From a virus (lineage: Duplodnaviria > Caudoviricetes): a DNA stretch of 64,000 bases. A model generated the notes under the pieces. It made no database searches, was not told where the DNA came from, and saw only the letters and a program-made list of their open reading frames with translations. The stretch spans positions 1 through 64,000 of the IMG/VR virus record IMGVR_UViG_3300032226_000905; one strand, written 5' to 3'. A program made the position numbers and the translations under genes. This document shows, piece by piece, positions 17,507 to 27,768 of the stretch (the first letter of the stretch is position 1; each line of letters begins with the position of its first letter).

Positions 17507-19820
17507 CTTTAGATTCCTGTGCTAGAGCTAATTCTCTTTTCAACGCCTTGCGCTCTTCCTTGGTCATAGGCCTAGCACGTTCTTTTATTTCAAATTCTAA
17601 TTCATCTTCTCTTAGACTGACATAGACATTGCCACCGTTTACTAGCTCACCGAATAGAACTTTTCTGCTGAGAGGAGATTTAATTTTATTATCGATCAAT
17701 CTCGATAGGGGTCTTGCGCCCATCTTTTTATCATAGCCTTTGTCTGCTAGATATTTTACAGTGTCGTCCGTTAAAAAGATTTCAATATTTTTGTCTTTGA
17801 GTTGTTGATTTAATTCATTGACAAATTTAACAACAATCTTTGAAACAGTACCGATGCTAAGTTTGCCAAATTTAATAACAGCATCTAAGCGATTGCGGAA
17901 TTCTGGAGCGAAGAATTTTTTAATAGCTTTATCATCTTCTCCGTCTTTTTCAAACTCTCCGAAGCCAATAGTATTATTTTCGTTGTCTCTGGCTCCTAGA
18001 TTTGAAGTCATAACAAGAATACAATTACGACCGTCTGCTTGTTTACCGTTTGATCCAGTAATAAATCCGTTGTCCATAAACTGTAAGAGAATATTAGAAA
18101 CATCAGGATGAGCTTTTTCAATCTCGTCTAACAATAGAATACAGTTTGGAGTTTCCTGCAATTTAGTAATTAGTTGTCCGGCATTATCTTCGTAACCTAC
18201 ATATCCCGGAGGTGCTCCGATCAATCGAGCAACACTGTGCTTTTCTTGATATTCGCTCATGTCAAATCTTATCAAGGCCATGCCCATCTTATCTGCCAGT
18301 TGTTTAGCAGTTTCAGTTTTTCCGCAGCCTGTAGGACCGAGAAACAAAAATGAACCAATAGGTTTATTAGGGGATTTCATTCCGGCTTGAGCTACAAAAA
18401 TCTTATCTAGCAAAGTATCGACAGCTGTATCTTGACCTAACACAGATGCTTTCATCGAACCTTCTAGGTTAGAAAGATTTTTACTTTCTTTTTGTGCTAC
18501 TGTTTCTAAGGGCATGTTGATCATTTTAGAAAGTTCGTAGGTAATCTGTTCAACGTCTACGATCTGTTCAACCCCTTCCATGGATTCATCATCTTTGATT
18601 TTATACCTAGCACAGGCACAGTCGATGATATCAATGGCCTTATCAGGAAGTTTTTTATCGCTCATGTATTTTATAGATAATTTAACCGCTTGATCGATAG
18701 CCCCTTCAGTGATTTTTACATTATGATGTTTTTCGTAATACTTTTTAATACCTTTGATAATCTTTACAGTAAGTTCCTGTGTGGGTTCGTCAACAGTAAC
18801 ACGCTGGAATCTGCGCATTAGAGCACGATCCTTTTCAAAGTGCTTGCGATATTCTTCCCAAGTCGTTGAAGCGATCAGTTTAATAACGCCTTTGGTGAGA
18901 ACAGGCTTTAGCATATTAGCTAAATCATTGCTTGATTGATTAGCAGCACCAGCACCCTGCATCATGTGTGCTTCGTCAATGAAAAGAATAATTTTACCTT
19001 TCTTCTCGAGCGCAGAAAGAACAGCCTTGATACGTTCTTCAAAGTCTCCACGATACTTACTACCGGCAAGTAGGGCACTGATATCTAGAGTATATACTTG
19101 ATGATCCTGAATAAACTTAGGAACTTTCTTTTCGAAAATCTTACGTGCAAGACCCTCTGCAATAGCAGTCTTACCAACACCGGGCTCGCCGACCATTAGC
19201 ACATTACATTTGCTGCGTCTCGCTAAAATCAACTGTATTTTTTCTAATTCTTCATCTCTTCCAATAACCGGATCAATTTTTCTTTGTTTAGCTAACAAAC
19301 TGAGATTAGTGCAAAATTGATTTATGATTCTTTCCATCTGCGAATTGTTTGTAGGTGCTGTGACCGGTTCGTCGTTTTCTTCTACTACTATCTGTTCCTG
19401 GAAGAATCTTACAAATTTATCTTTGACCAACCCGCCCTTGGTAAGAAAGTAAAAGCCGAAACTATTTTTTTCGCTGAGTACACTGATAATAATATCAGCA
19501 ACCTCCATTCGTTGACGACCGCTGAACAATACCTGTGTAAAACAACGATTCAACACACGTTCAACTACGTTGGTTTTTTTAGGTTTAACTTTATTTCCGA
19601 CAATGACGATTTCGTTTAGATTATTCTTGATAAAATGATCTAGATTAGTTTTAATAAAATTAGCATCTGCACCAAATTCCGAGATCATATTAAAAGAGTC
19701 AGAATCACACATTATACTATAGACTAGATGCTCTACAGTGATATATTCATGATTATGCTGTTTGGCTACTTCGACAGCATGATTAAAAATATTGGATAAC
19801 TGCTCGCTCGGTTCTATCAT
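17487..19820 (-). CDS. clpA: ClpA-type Hsp100 AAA+ chaperone
   Basis: Clp N-domain (HEYITVEHL), Walker A GEPGVGKT and GPTGCGKT, Walker B FIDEAH and [23 protein letters not shown]. Confidence 0.93.
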   Translation of the reverse strand: MIEPSEQLSNIFNHAVEVAKQHNHEYITVEHLVYSIMCDSDSFNMISEFGADANFIKTNLDHFIKNNLNEIVIVGNKVKPKKTNVVERVLNRCFTQVLFSGRQRMEVADIIISVLSEKNSFGFYFLTKGGLVKDKFVRFFQEQIVVEENDEPVTAPTNNSQMERIINQFCTNLSLLAKQRKIDPVIGRDEELEKIQLILARRSKCNVLMVGEPGVGKTAIAEGLARKIFEKKVPKFIQDHQVYTLDISALLAGSKYRGDFEERIKAVLSALEKKGKIILFIDEAHMMQGAGAANQSSNDLANMLKPVLTKGVIKLIASTTWEEYRKHFEKDRALMRRFQRVTVDEPTQELTVKIIKGIKKYYEKHHNVKITEGAIDQAVKLSIKYMSDKKLPDKAIDIIDCACARYKIKDDESMEGVEQIVDVEQITYELSKMINMPLETVAQKESKNLSNLEGSMKASVLGQDTAVDTLLDKIFVAQAGMKSPNKPIGSFLFLGPTGCGKTETAKQLADKMGMALIRFDMSEYQEKHSVARLIGAPPGYVGYEDNAGQLITKLQETPNCILLLDEIEKAHPDVSNILLQFMDNGFITGSNGKQADGRNCILVMTSNLGARDNENNTIGFGEFEKDGEDDKAIKKFFAPEFRNRLDAVIKFGKLSIGTVSKIVVKFVNELNQQLKDKNIEIFLTDDTVKYLADKGYDKKMGARPLSRLIDNKIKSPLSRKVLFGELVNGGNVYVSLREDELEFEIKERARPMTKEERKALKRELALAQESKVEIADN

Positions 19821-20308
19821 TATGATTTCCTTAGTTTCTTCATAGCTAATTGTAACTTCATTCGTGATACTCTGTCAACAAAACATATACCATTGAGATG
19901 ATCAAATTCGTGTTGAAATACTCGGGACATGAGTCCATTTATTTTAGCTGTGTGTATCGCTCCGGTTGAATCTTGATATTCTACTACTATCTCTTTGGGC
20001 CGTTTGATAGATAACCAAAGATTCGGATAACTGAGACAACCTTCTTTGAATAATTCTGTTTCTTCACTGCATTCTAATATCTTAGGGTTGAATATTCCTA
20101 AGGGTTCAAATCCAGGAATGGTTTTACTGCCCATGACGAAGAAATTTTTAGCTATACCAACTTGATTGGCTGCTAGACCAATCCCGTTATTTTCTAACAT
20201 AAATTTAATCATAGCTGATTCAACTTCTTGAGCATTGCCGTCTTGCTCAAACATCCAATCGCTGCTGGATTCAGTCAATGTTTCGTGAGGACCAAGTTTA
20301 AATTCCAT
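19820..20308 (-). CDS. def: Peptide deformylase
   Basis: GIGLAANQVG, EGCLS, QHEFDHLNG. Confidence 0.93.
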   Translation of the reverse strand: MEFKLGPHETLTESSSDWMFEQDGNAQEVESAMIKFMLENNGIGLAANQVGIAKNFFVMGSKTIPGFEPLGIFNPKILECSEETELFKEGCLSYPNLWLSIKRPKEIVVEYQDSTGAIHTAKINGLMSRVFQHEFDHLNGICFVDRVSRMKLQLAMKKLRKS

Positions 20309-21140
20309 GTTGTTTTAGAGACTCGATAATTTTTAACTGTTCTTTATTCAATTGTCTAGGTATTTTTACTTTTAATTTTATAAGGAGATTACCTCGTTGC
20401 CTACTTCGCACATTAGGGAATCCTTCGTTTCGACAGCTGAGCACAGTCTCTGACTGAGATCCAGGTGGAACAGTGATTTCTAGATCTTTGTTATCTAATG
20501 TTTTAATAGATAGTTTGGTACCTAGGATAGCATCAGTTACAGAAATCTGTCTTTCAACGACTAGATTATCACCTTCTCTTCTGAACATCGGATGCTGTCT
20601 AACTCTTATGTTTATAATTAGATCTCCAGGAGGAGCATTCGGAATACTGTTATCTCCCATGCCTTGATATCGGATTTGCTGACCTTCTTCTATTCCTGCA
20701 GGAATAGATATACTGATTATTTTTTTCTTACCGCCAGGGATAGAAACTTCAGCATCAAGCTCTTTACCGTGAAGTATGTCTTCTAGGGTCAACTCTACGC
20801 CTAAACTTATGGTTTTATTTCTAGGCATGTGTCTACCACCAAACCCGAACCCAAAGTTACCGAACATATCTTCGAAATTACCTGTGTTAAAATGGAATTC
20901 GAAAGGTCCTTGACCGTGAAATCCTTGTCCTCGAGATTGCTGGTTAGGATCCACGCCCATATCAAACATCTGTTTTTTCTGAGGATCGCTGAGAGTTCGA
21001 TAGGCTTCTTCTACTTCTTTAAATTTATTAGCATCACCTCCTCGATCTGGATGATGCTTCATCGCCAGAGATCTATAAGCCTTTTTAATTTCATCGGCAG
21101 TAGCATTGCGATTTACACCTAAAGTTGAATAGTAATCCAT
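20298..21140 (-). CDS. dnaJ: DnaJ/CbpA-type co-chaperone (no Zn finger)
   Basis: J domain with HPD, G/F-rich linker, DnaJ C-terminal domain. Confidence 0.9.
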   Translation of the reverse strand: MDYYSTLGVNRNATADEIKKAYRSLAMKHHPDRGGDANKFKEVEEAYRTLSDPQKKQMFDMGVDPNQQSRGQGFHGQGPFEFHFNTGNFEDMFGNFGFGFGGRHMPRNKTISLGVELTLEDILHGKELDAEVSIPGGKKKIISISIPAGIEEGQQIRYQGMGDNSIPNAPPGDLIINIRVRQHPMFRREGDNLVVERQISVTDAILGTKLSIKTLDNKDLEITVPPGSQSETVLSCRNEGFPNVRSRQRGNLLIKLKVKIPRQLNKEQLKIIESLKQHGI

Positions 21141-21148
21141 AATAGTTT

Positions 21149-21180
21149 AAAAAATAAAAGGCCCAACGGACCTTTTATTT
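21149..21180 (-). terminator. Intrinsic terminator-like hairpin
   Basis: AAATAAAAGGTCC/GGGCCTTTTATTT stem, T-rich tail. Confidence 0.6.
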
Positions 21181-21200
21181 AATGCAGATTTACTGATCTA

Positions 21201-21428
21201 TTATTTTTTCTTCTCAGGTACTGCTGTGCCTTCGTGCTTCTTGTGAACTTTTACTTCTTTACAATCTTGTTTTGGTTTTTTAGTTTTTGGATCAATTACT
21301 GGCTTGCCGTCTTTGCCCTGTACATCAACGCAGACTTTTTTAGTTTCTGCTTTCTTTTCTTCAGCAGCATAAGTAGGATACGCTACGGTCAATGCCAATC
21401 CTGCTGCAAAAATTATACTCTTAAACAT
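21201..21428 (-). CDS. Small secreted Lys-rich protein with two Cys
   Basis: Sec signal peptide MFKSIIFAAGLALTVAYPTYA; KKVC...QDCKEV. Confidence 0.65.
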   Translation of the reverse strand: MFKSIIFAAGLALTVAYPTYAAEEKKAETKKVCVDVQGKDGKPVIDPKTKKPKQDCKEVKVHKKHEGTAVPEKKK

Positions 21429-21440
21429 ATTTTTCTCCTT

Positions 21441-21731
21441 TTATTTTCTGCTCATCCAAGCAGTTACGCCCATAAAGGCACCTACGATACTAGCCTGTGC
21501 TATATAAAATAAGCCTAATAAATCTGCCAATGCTGCTACTCTAGATTCGGAAACTATAGGACTGAATAATACAGCAGTAAACACTATCATAGAAATAATA
21601 GCCACCCATGCCATCCTACGATGTGCATCGGCCTTTTCTTCTCTAAGCTCTAGTTCTAAAAGCTCGTTGCTTTTTTCTAGATCTTCTTTAGAAACTTTTC
21701 CATCTGCGTCTGTATCTATGACTTTAACCAC
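21441..21731 (-). CDS. Holin candidate (2 TM) with N-terminal EF-hand-like loop
   Basis: DTDADGKVSKED loop; two TM helices; adjacent to spanins and endolysin. Confidence 0.45.
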   Translation of the reverse strand: MVKVIDTDADGKVSKEDLEKSNELLELELREEKADAHRRMAWVAIISMIVFTAVLFSPIVSESRVAALADLLGLFYIAQASIVGAFMGVTAWMSRK

Positions 21732-21742
21732 CCTTCGCTCCG

Positions 21743-21967
21743 TTATTTAATCTGTTCTAAAACAAAGGTAATTTTGTTTTGATACTTCACCATGATATTT
21801 TTTTTTGTATAATAATCTGAAAACATGATACACTCAGGTGAAATTTCTTTGAAATTACAGACTTCTACAGTGTAGACTTTTTGATCTAACCAATAGGTCA
21901 ACTTAGCTCTTTTTCTAAAGAGTCTAGTGAACCAGCCTAGCTCTTTGACTTCGATGTCATCTGTCAT
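21743..21967 (-). CDS. Hypothetical protein
   Basis: 74-aa ORF within lysis cassette. Confidence 0.5.
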   Translation of the reverse strand: MTDDIEVKELGWFTRLFRKRAKLTYWLDQKVYTVEVCNFKEISPECIMFSDYYTKKNIMVKYQNKITFVLEQIK

Positions 21968-22398
21968 TTCTTTTCTTCTAGCTTCTTTTCTTCTTTTTTG
22001 GGTTCGTAATATTCTTTGTACTTGATTATGATGTTACGCTGAGTGTTGATCATATTACGAAGTTCAGCTATAGTAACTGCCAGTGCCTGATACCCATCGG
22101 CGGTAAGAGAAAATACCACAGAATCATTACCTTTTTCTTCTATCTTTTTAAACACTTCCTCTTGATTAGCTGGTGTTACAATAATCCACTCGATGGGTTT
22201 TAACTTCAAAGGGTCGGGATTGGCAATATCTAAAGGTGTTTTTTCTGCGGCCTTGGTGGTGATCTCGATAGGTTTTTCTCTCTTACCAAAGAGATTAAGG
22301 CTGGCACAGCCGCTGAGATTAGTTACCAGCAGCAGGCTTGTAGTTAGGATTAGCCAACGAGGGGCATTCACGATTGATTTCACTTGGTTTAGTTGCAT
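21964..22398 (-). CDS. Outer-membrane spanin (Rz1-like lipoprotein)
   Basis: Lipobox LSGC after hydrophobic stretch; overlaps 3' end of i-spanin. Confidence 0.7.
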   Translation of the reverse strand: MQLNQVKSIVNAPRWLILTTSLLLVTNLSGCASLNLFGKREKPIEITTKAAEKTPLDIANPDPLKLKPIEWIIVTPANQEEVFKKIEEKGNDSVVFSLTADGYQALAVTIAELRNMINTQRNIIIKYKEYYEPKKEEKKLEEKK

Positions 22399-22822
22399 TT
22401 TTTTCAGCCTCTGTTAAAGGCGCTCCGGATGCGATTTCAAGACAACGAAGAGCATTTACGGTGCCTCGATTTACAGCACGTTCCAAACTTGCAGGTTTCG
22501 CTGCGGCAGATTTTCCAAACTCTCTTTTTTGTCCATCAGCACCGACGGAAAATCTATCTTTGAGATTTTCCATATCTTTATTTTGTAATTTAATGGTGGT
22601 GTTTAATTCATTGTTTAACTGTTTGATTTTTTCTTGATCTGCTCTCATTTGAGCCATAGCTTCATTTTGTAAGCGAACACCTTCTTCTAGTTTTCGACTG
22701 TTTTCTTGAGCTATGGCCAAATCAGCTTTAAGATTGATTAGAAAATAGCCACCAGCTGCTATTATCAGCACTATGATAAGTGCTACAATAGCTTTGATGG
22801 CTCCACCAATTCCAAACATCAA
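22319..22822 (-). CDS. Inner-membrane spanin (Rz-like)
   Basis: N-terminal TM then long coiled coil; directly downstream of endolysin. Confidence 0.7.
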   Translation of the reverse strand: MMFGIGGAIKAIVALIIVLIIAAGGYFLINLKADLAIAQENSRKLEEGVRLQNEAMAQMRADQEKIKQLNNELNTTIKLQNKDMENLKDRFSVGADGQKREFGKSAAAKPASLERAVNRGTVNALRCLEIASGAPLTEAEKNATKPSEINRECPSLANPNYKPAAGN

Positions 22823-23448
22823 GCCACTCCGAAAATGTGCAGTGCGTGTTCGTAGTGATGCTTGCGATCTTCTAGACCGATAGTTCCGCCGTTGATTCTC
22901 TTGGTTAGTGTAAGAATATCACCGGTATCGGCCCACTGATTGAGTTTATTTTGTTCCCAGAAGAAACAGGCTGACTGTACAGCACCTTCAAAAGTCTGTA
23001 GATATTCGCTGGCTTCTTCTACAGGAATGTCTAAACTAGCAGCAAAGAATGTATAGTTGTTCTTTCCTGTCAGTTGAATAAGTCCACGACCGCAATATTT
23101 CCAACCGTCGCCTGATGATTCATCACCATTGCCCATACGATTAGCATAGACTCTATTAGCAATTTTTTCTGGCTTGTTAGCATATTCTGCTGCAACGGCG
23201 TCATCTGCAAAATATTTAGGAAATACTTTGCGAAGGCTAGCTGCTTTGTAGTTGAGATTTTCTTTTAGAAAAATAAAGCCGCCGCTTTCGTGAGCACACT
23301 GGGCGAGAAAGGCTGCCACACGCTGCGGTGTATTGATTTCGTAATCTGGAAGTATTTCTGAAATAGCCTTGTACCATTGATCCACGTAGGGATTTTTAGG
23401 AATCATTTCTTTTAATTGCTCTTTGGTAAAATTAAATGTAAAGCTCAT
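22819..23448 (-). CDS. Endolysin, GH19 family
   Basis: AAFLAQCAHES, ENLNY, YCGRGLIQLTGKNNY, INGGTIGL. Confidence 0.9.
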   Translation of the reverse strand: MSFTFNFTKEQLKEMIPKNPYVDQWYKAISEILPDYEINTPQRVAAFLAQCAHESGGFIFLKENLNYKAASLRKVFPKYFADDAVAAEYANKPEKIANRVYANRMGNGDESSGDGWKYCGRGLIQLTGKNNYTFFAASLDIPVEEASEYLQTFEGAVQSACFFWEQNKLNQWADTGDILTLTKRINGGTIGLEDRKHHYEHALHIFGVA

Positions 23449-23450
23449 GG

Positions 23451-24176
23451 TTATATCCTTTTTAATAACATACTACGGTCACCGTTAGTAAACAGTAACT
23501 TATCCCCAAATTTACTTATATCATAATCACCTAACACCTTTGTTAGCCAAAAAATTTCAGCAGCCGAATCTTCGTCCATGGATATTTTATCTTCTAATAC
23601 TATGTTGTCGTCGGCTAATAATTTAAATTCTAATTTTTTATCGAACGGTTTATGAATAGTGATCACGTCTTGATCCATAGTCAGCTCATTCATTATTGTT
23701 CTGTTGAAAAATGATTTAACAGATTCAGTTCGCATCTTAGATAAGAATGCATCATATGATGACGCACTGGTTGGAATTACTCGCTTGATAATTTCTTCTT
23801 TAACCGGATGTGCTGATGATTCTTTGTGATATTTAAATTTGAATTCGTCAATACCGGTGAGTCTATTTATACCATAGGTCAATTCTTTGATCTGTTCTGC
23901 TAATTTTTCGCTTCGTGCTAGTTCTACAAATACAAAGTACTCGCCATTTTTATTTTCCCCAGAACTGACATCAGCATCTAACACAAAGGAATATCCCTTC
24001 TCGATGAATTCCATAAGATCCTTGGCAGGGTTACGATCCTTGGCAGTGAAACTTAAAACTACGACATCCCGATCTTCGCCCATCTTTGATCGATAAGTAT
24101 CGACTTCAAATACCGGAGAGATCATTTCTTTAAGATCTTCGGACCGTAGACCTTCATTGAGCTGGCTGTTCTGCAT
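23451..24176 (-). CDS. Hypothetical protein
   Basis: 241-aa ORF in late operon. Confidence 0.65.
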   Translation of the reverse strand: MQNSQLNEGLRSEDLKEMISPVFEVDTYRSKMGEDRDVVVLSFTAKDRNPAKDLMEFIEKGYSFVLDADVSSGENKNGEYFVFVELARSEKLAEQIKELTYGINRLTGIDEFKFKYHKESSAHPVKEEIIKRVIPTSASSYDAFLSKMRTESVKSFFNRTIMNELTMDQDVITIHKPFDKKLEFKLLADDNIVLEDKISMDEDSAAEIFWLTKVLGDYDISKFGDKLLFTNGDRSMLLKRI

Positions 24177-24687
24177 TTGCTGTTTCCTGTGGAGCAGCAG
24201 CTTCTTGTTCTGGTTGCTGCTGGACTATATTATTCTGACTTAGGATATCTTCTATTTTGTTTTTATCGAGATTTTTATAGCCTCGGTTGATATCACTCAT
24301 TAGTTTTTTAGGCATCATAATTTTCACGATCCAGATATCTTCGTGATCTATTTTACCTTTGCGTGTTCCTGGACGTATGTCCTCGGGTTTTTTAATTTTT
24401 CGAACCTTAGAAATCTGACTTTCACCGATTTTTACTTTGCAGCCGTATTCTAGCAATCTCATGCCACCCTTGGGCTCCGGCATCTTATCTTTTGGCCACA
24501 TAAAACTGCAGGTAACAAAGTATCGATCTTCGACCGGTCCTTCTAGTAGTTCACCGTCGATCCAGTTTTCGTAAACATAGACATCTAATTCGTCTATGAC
24601 ACGTTCGAAGTCTTTAAGTAAACCGAGGCTGTTGTTAGACCCGTATAAATTTTCAATATTAGCTATTATGTCTTTAATATCTGCCAT
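24154..24687 (-). CDS. Hypothetical protein
   Basis: 177-aa ORF; TAAATA at 24702-24707 and GGGAG SD upstream. Confidence 0.65.
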   Translation of the reverse strand: MADIKDIIANIENLYGSNNSLGLLKDFERVIDELDVYVYENWIDGELLEGPVEDRYFVTCSFMWPKDKMPEPKGGMRLLEYGCKVKIGESQISKVRKIKKPEDIRPGTRKGKIDHEDIWIVKIMMPKKLMSDINRGYKNLDKNKIEDILSQNNIVQQQPEQEAAAPQETANAEQPAQ

Positions 24688-24829
24688 GATTTCTCCCTAA
24701 GTATTTATCCGTCAAAACTTAAACATAAACTATAATAATTCTAGGCTATTGTTAAATACTTTTGTGTTCGGCTACGGACACCAACGGTTTGAGGTCCGTG
24801 CCTACACGTAAAAGGAGGGCTAACCTTAT

Positions 24830-25570
24830 ATGAAGCGAAAAAGAGCAGTTGCAACAAAATCACACGCTCAACAGCACCAACAGCAGTCTAACGTAATCAA
24901 TCTAATAGACAATCAGTATCAAAAACGTCATCGGGTCCAGATCTATCCAAAAAACCTCAATCAAGAAAGTTATCTACTAAAGCTGAACGATCGGCAAAAA
25001 ATGATTATTTTTGCTATCGGACCGGCTGGCACAGGTAAAACAATGCTTGCAGTTCAGTGGGCTATAGATCAGCTCAAATACGGTGATTCTGATCGCATAA
25101 TAATTACCAGACCTGCTGTATCGGTAGATGAAGAACACGGATTTCTACCTGGAGATCTCCAGCAAAAAATGGAACCGTGGACCAAGCCCATAATGGATGT
25201 ATTCGCAGAAAATTACTCAGCTAGAGACATTACTAACATGATAACCGAGGGGGTGATTGAAACCAGTCCTCTAGCATACATGAGAGGTCGAACATTCAAG
25301 AACGCTATAATCATCGCAGATGAAATGCAGAATGCAACGCCAAGCCAGATGAAAATGTTGCTGACTAGACTAGGTCAGGGATCTAAGATGGTAGTTACCG
25401 GAGATCTGCAACAGGCTGATAGACCTTGTAACAATGGACTATTAGAATTTTTACAGCTCTATAACAACTTTGATAACCACAGATACGTGGATATCTGTCA
25501 TTTCACAGTCGGGGATATTGAACGACATGAAGCAGTAAAGGAGATACTGGCAATCTACGGTGATTCTTGA
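24830..25570 (+). CDS. phoH: PhoH-like ATPase
   Basis: GPAGTGKT, IITRPAV, LGF-like HGFLPG, YMRGRT, DEMQN, TRLG, VVTGD. Confidence 0.93.
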   Translation: MKRKRAVATKSHAQQHQQQSNVINLIDNQYQKRHRVQIYPKNLNQESYLLKLNDRQKMIIFAIGPAGTGKTMLAVQWAIDQLKYGDSDRIIITRPAVSVDEEHGFLPGDLQQKMEPWTKPIMDVFAENYSARDITNMITEGVIETSPLAYMRGRTFKNAIIIADEMQNATPSQMKMLLTRLGQGSKMVVTGDLQQADRPCNNGLLEFLQLYNNFDNHRYVDICHFTVGDIERHEAVKEILAIYGDS

Positions 25571-25572
25571 AA

Positions 25573-25597
25573 TGTTAGGGGATCTAATCCCCTAACA
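25573..25597. terminator. Hairpin between convergent phoH and clamp loader genes
   Basis: Perfect 10-bp stem TGTTAGGGGA/TCCCCTAACA. Confidence 0.65.
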
Positions 25598-25602
25598 CAA
25601 AT

Positions 25603-26532
25603 CTAAGTATTATCGTTCAAACGTCCTAGTTTGACTAAGGTAGCAGCTAGATTTATTTCTGCGTCTCCGCAGATGGTATGATCTACCAGTCCGGTCTTTA
25701 TGATCAATATGGCCTGATCCTGTTTCTCTGTAGATTTGTAAAGTGTAGAAAGATTATCATATAGCCAACGATAAACTTCTTCCATTTCTTCTGCACGAAT
25801 TTTTCCGCAGAGTAATTTGCGGGCTTCGGTGATTTTTCCTTCATTGAAAAGTTCGACCATGTCGAATTTCCAGTCGGCAGCACCTTCGTCTGCCTTGTTA
25901 GGCATCATCAGTTTACCTTCTTGAACATTCTGCTGTACGAGATTGATACATTTTCTAAGATCCGGATATGCTACTTTGACATAATTGTCTAGTGTCTCAA
26001 GATCGAAGTCCACAGCCTCTTCAACAAGAATAGTAGCAACACGAGCGGTAAACTCAGTAAGATCCGTTCGCTCAACGTGAAATCCTTGACATCGTGAATG
26101 TAAAGCAGGGATAATGCGATTAGGGTAGTTACAGGTGAGGATGAAACGAGCAGTTGAGTGATACTCCTCCATGACCCCACGTAACGCTGCTTGAGCATTC
26201 GGACTAAGATAATCAGCTTCATCTAATAGCACCACCTTAAAAGGTCCAAACGGAATCATCTGGACGAAGTTTGTAATTTTGTCTCGGACATCATCGACAG
26301 AGTTCGTACGACTAGCATTGATTTCTAGTACATCATAATCTTCGATACCTAGTTCATTGATCAATATTTTAGCCAACGTAGTTTTACCGATGCCGGCATT
26401 CCCGCTGAGCAAAAGATGGGGAATACTGCAATCTTTGATCCAGGTCTCTATCTGTTTACGTTGAGATTGATCTCTAAATACATACCCATCTATGTTTTTA
26501 GGACGATATTTTTCAACCCATAAATCTTTCAT
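25603..26532 (-). CDS. Clamp loader AAA+ subunit (RFC small/gp44-like)
   Basis: WVEKYRP, GNAGIGKTT, EINAS, LDEAD, SRC motifs. Confidence 0.92.
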   Translation of the reverse strand: MKDLWVEKYRPKNIDGYVFRDQSQRKQIETWIKDCSIPHLLLSGNAGIGKTTLAKILINELGIEDYDVLEINASRTNSVDDVRDKITNFVQMIPFGPFKVVLLDEADYLSPNAQAALRGVMEEYHSTARFILTCNYPNRIIPALHSRCQGFHVERTDLTEFTARVATILVEEAVDFDLETLDNYVKVAYPDLRKCINLVQQNVQEGKLMMPNKADEGAADWKFDMVELFNEGKITEARKLLCGKIRAEEMEEVYRWLYDNLSTLYKSTEKQDQAILIIKTGLVDHTICGDAEINLAATLVKLGRLNDNT

Positions 26533-26930
26533 TGTTCATATCCCTGTTTCAATATCGCTCTTTCTTTGCTTAGATAATCTTTGAGATCCGGCGGCGTCCA
26601 CCCTACAGGTTTTAATACCTTACCATCTTCACGCTTGCGAACTTTTCCATCTTCACCAATTTTGGCAAAATTAGAACGCATGACTTCTTTCCACGCACCC
26701 TCGGCATCTGCTCCTATGCTGTGGATAGCGCCGATAGTAACAACCAAAATGTCTATTAGAGCATCTAACATTTCTACTTTGTCTTTGGCCAGAATAGCTT
26801 GATTTAATTCCTCGGCCTCTTCTTCAATCAGCTTGAGATACATGTTAAATTGATCAGCGTTTCGAGAGTCGACAGTCTGATCACAGGCCCGCATAAATTT
26901 TTCTTGATCACGAAAAGGATTCGTCATCAT
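26529..26930 (-). CDS. MazG-like/all-alpha NTP pyrophosphohydrolase (dUTPase-like)
   Basis: LIEEEAEEL, EMLDALIDILVV, SNFAK, GKVLKP. Confidence 0.8.
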   Translation of the reverse strand: MMTNPFRDQEKFMRACDQTVDSRNADQFNMYLKLIEEEAEELNQAILAKDKVEMLDALIDILVVTIGAIHSIGADAEGAWKEVMRSNFAKIGEDGKVRKREDGKVLKPVGWTPPDLKDYLSKERAILKQGYEQ

Positions 26931-26936
26931 TCCTCC

Positions 26937-27179
26937 TTAGGATTTTAATACTTTAATGATACGCTTTTTTTCTTGTTCTTTCAACCACTGTTTTTCCAAA
27001 TCGCCGAAATCTGGACTCATTTTCAGTGCGTCGTCAATGATCTGTTTGAGCTGATAAAGATCTTTCTTGCATTCAAATACTGTAAATCCATCATTGTATG
27101 GACTAGCACATTCTCTAGCCAACGAGTGGATTTGCTTTGCTATATCAGCTAGATCCCAATTTTTCTTTTTGAGATGCAT
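26937..27179 (-). CDS. Hypothetical protein
   Basis: 80-aa ORF. Confidence 0.55.
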   Translation of the reverse strand: MHLKKKNWDLADIAKQIHSLARECASPYNDGFTVFECKKDLYQLKQIIDDALKMSPDFGDLEKQWLKEQEKKRIIKVLKS

Positions 27180-27538
27180 CAGACACTATCTGATACGATG
27201 ATATCTAAGGGATCTGGAGCTTCGTCACTGACACCCATGATTCCGTTGACGTCCACTCTCCAGATATCTTTTTCACCTTCACCATCGTCAATACGGATTT
27301 TTCTAGTCCAGCGACCGTGTTCGATCAGAATCCATTGACCGGGTTTTACATCAGTCTGTTTTGGACCAATACAGTAGACTCTGCCCCATCTAGGATGAAC
27401 TCCGTGTGATTTCGCATCATCGCTTCTAAGTATCAAACCTGCTGCAGTCTTGGTTTCTCCGAAATTCATATCAGTTACAAGAACCCAATCTTTGATTGCT
27501 CTAACTTTTATATGTTTGACATCATAGGGCGTAGACAT
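27179..27538 (-). CDS. groES: GroES-like co-chaperonin
   Basis: RAIKDWVLV, KTAAGLIL mobile loop, GRVYCIGP, VKPGQWIL. Confidence 0.8.
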   Translation of the reverse strand: MSTPYDVKHIKVRAIKDWVLVTDMNFGETKTAAGLILRSDDAKSHGVHPRWGRVYCIGPKQTDVKPGQWILIEHGRWTRKIRIDDGEGEKDIWRVDVNGIMGVSDEAPDPLDIIVSDSV

Positions 27539-27768
27539 TATTTTTTATTTCCTCTAGTGGCGATTTCGTCATTGATAGCTCTAGGATTATTTTTGTAATA
27601 ATCTTGTAGTATCTGTTCACGAGTTCGAACAATTTTTCCGCCCGGACCTAGTTCGTCGCCTCTGGCATTTACTTTCATATTTCCTATCGCAGGAGTATGT
27701 TCATTGCGTATGGTTAGTTTTTCCATATCGATCTGTTTGCCCTGCATACTTGTATAAACTCTACCCAT
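27538..27768 (-). CDS. Hypothetical protein
   Basis: 76-aa ORF with AAGGAG SD. Confidence 0.6.
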   Translation of the reverse strand: MGRVYTSMQGKQIDMEKLTIRNEHTPAIGNMKVNARGDELGPGGKIVRTREQILQDYYKNNPRAINDEIATRGNKK

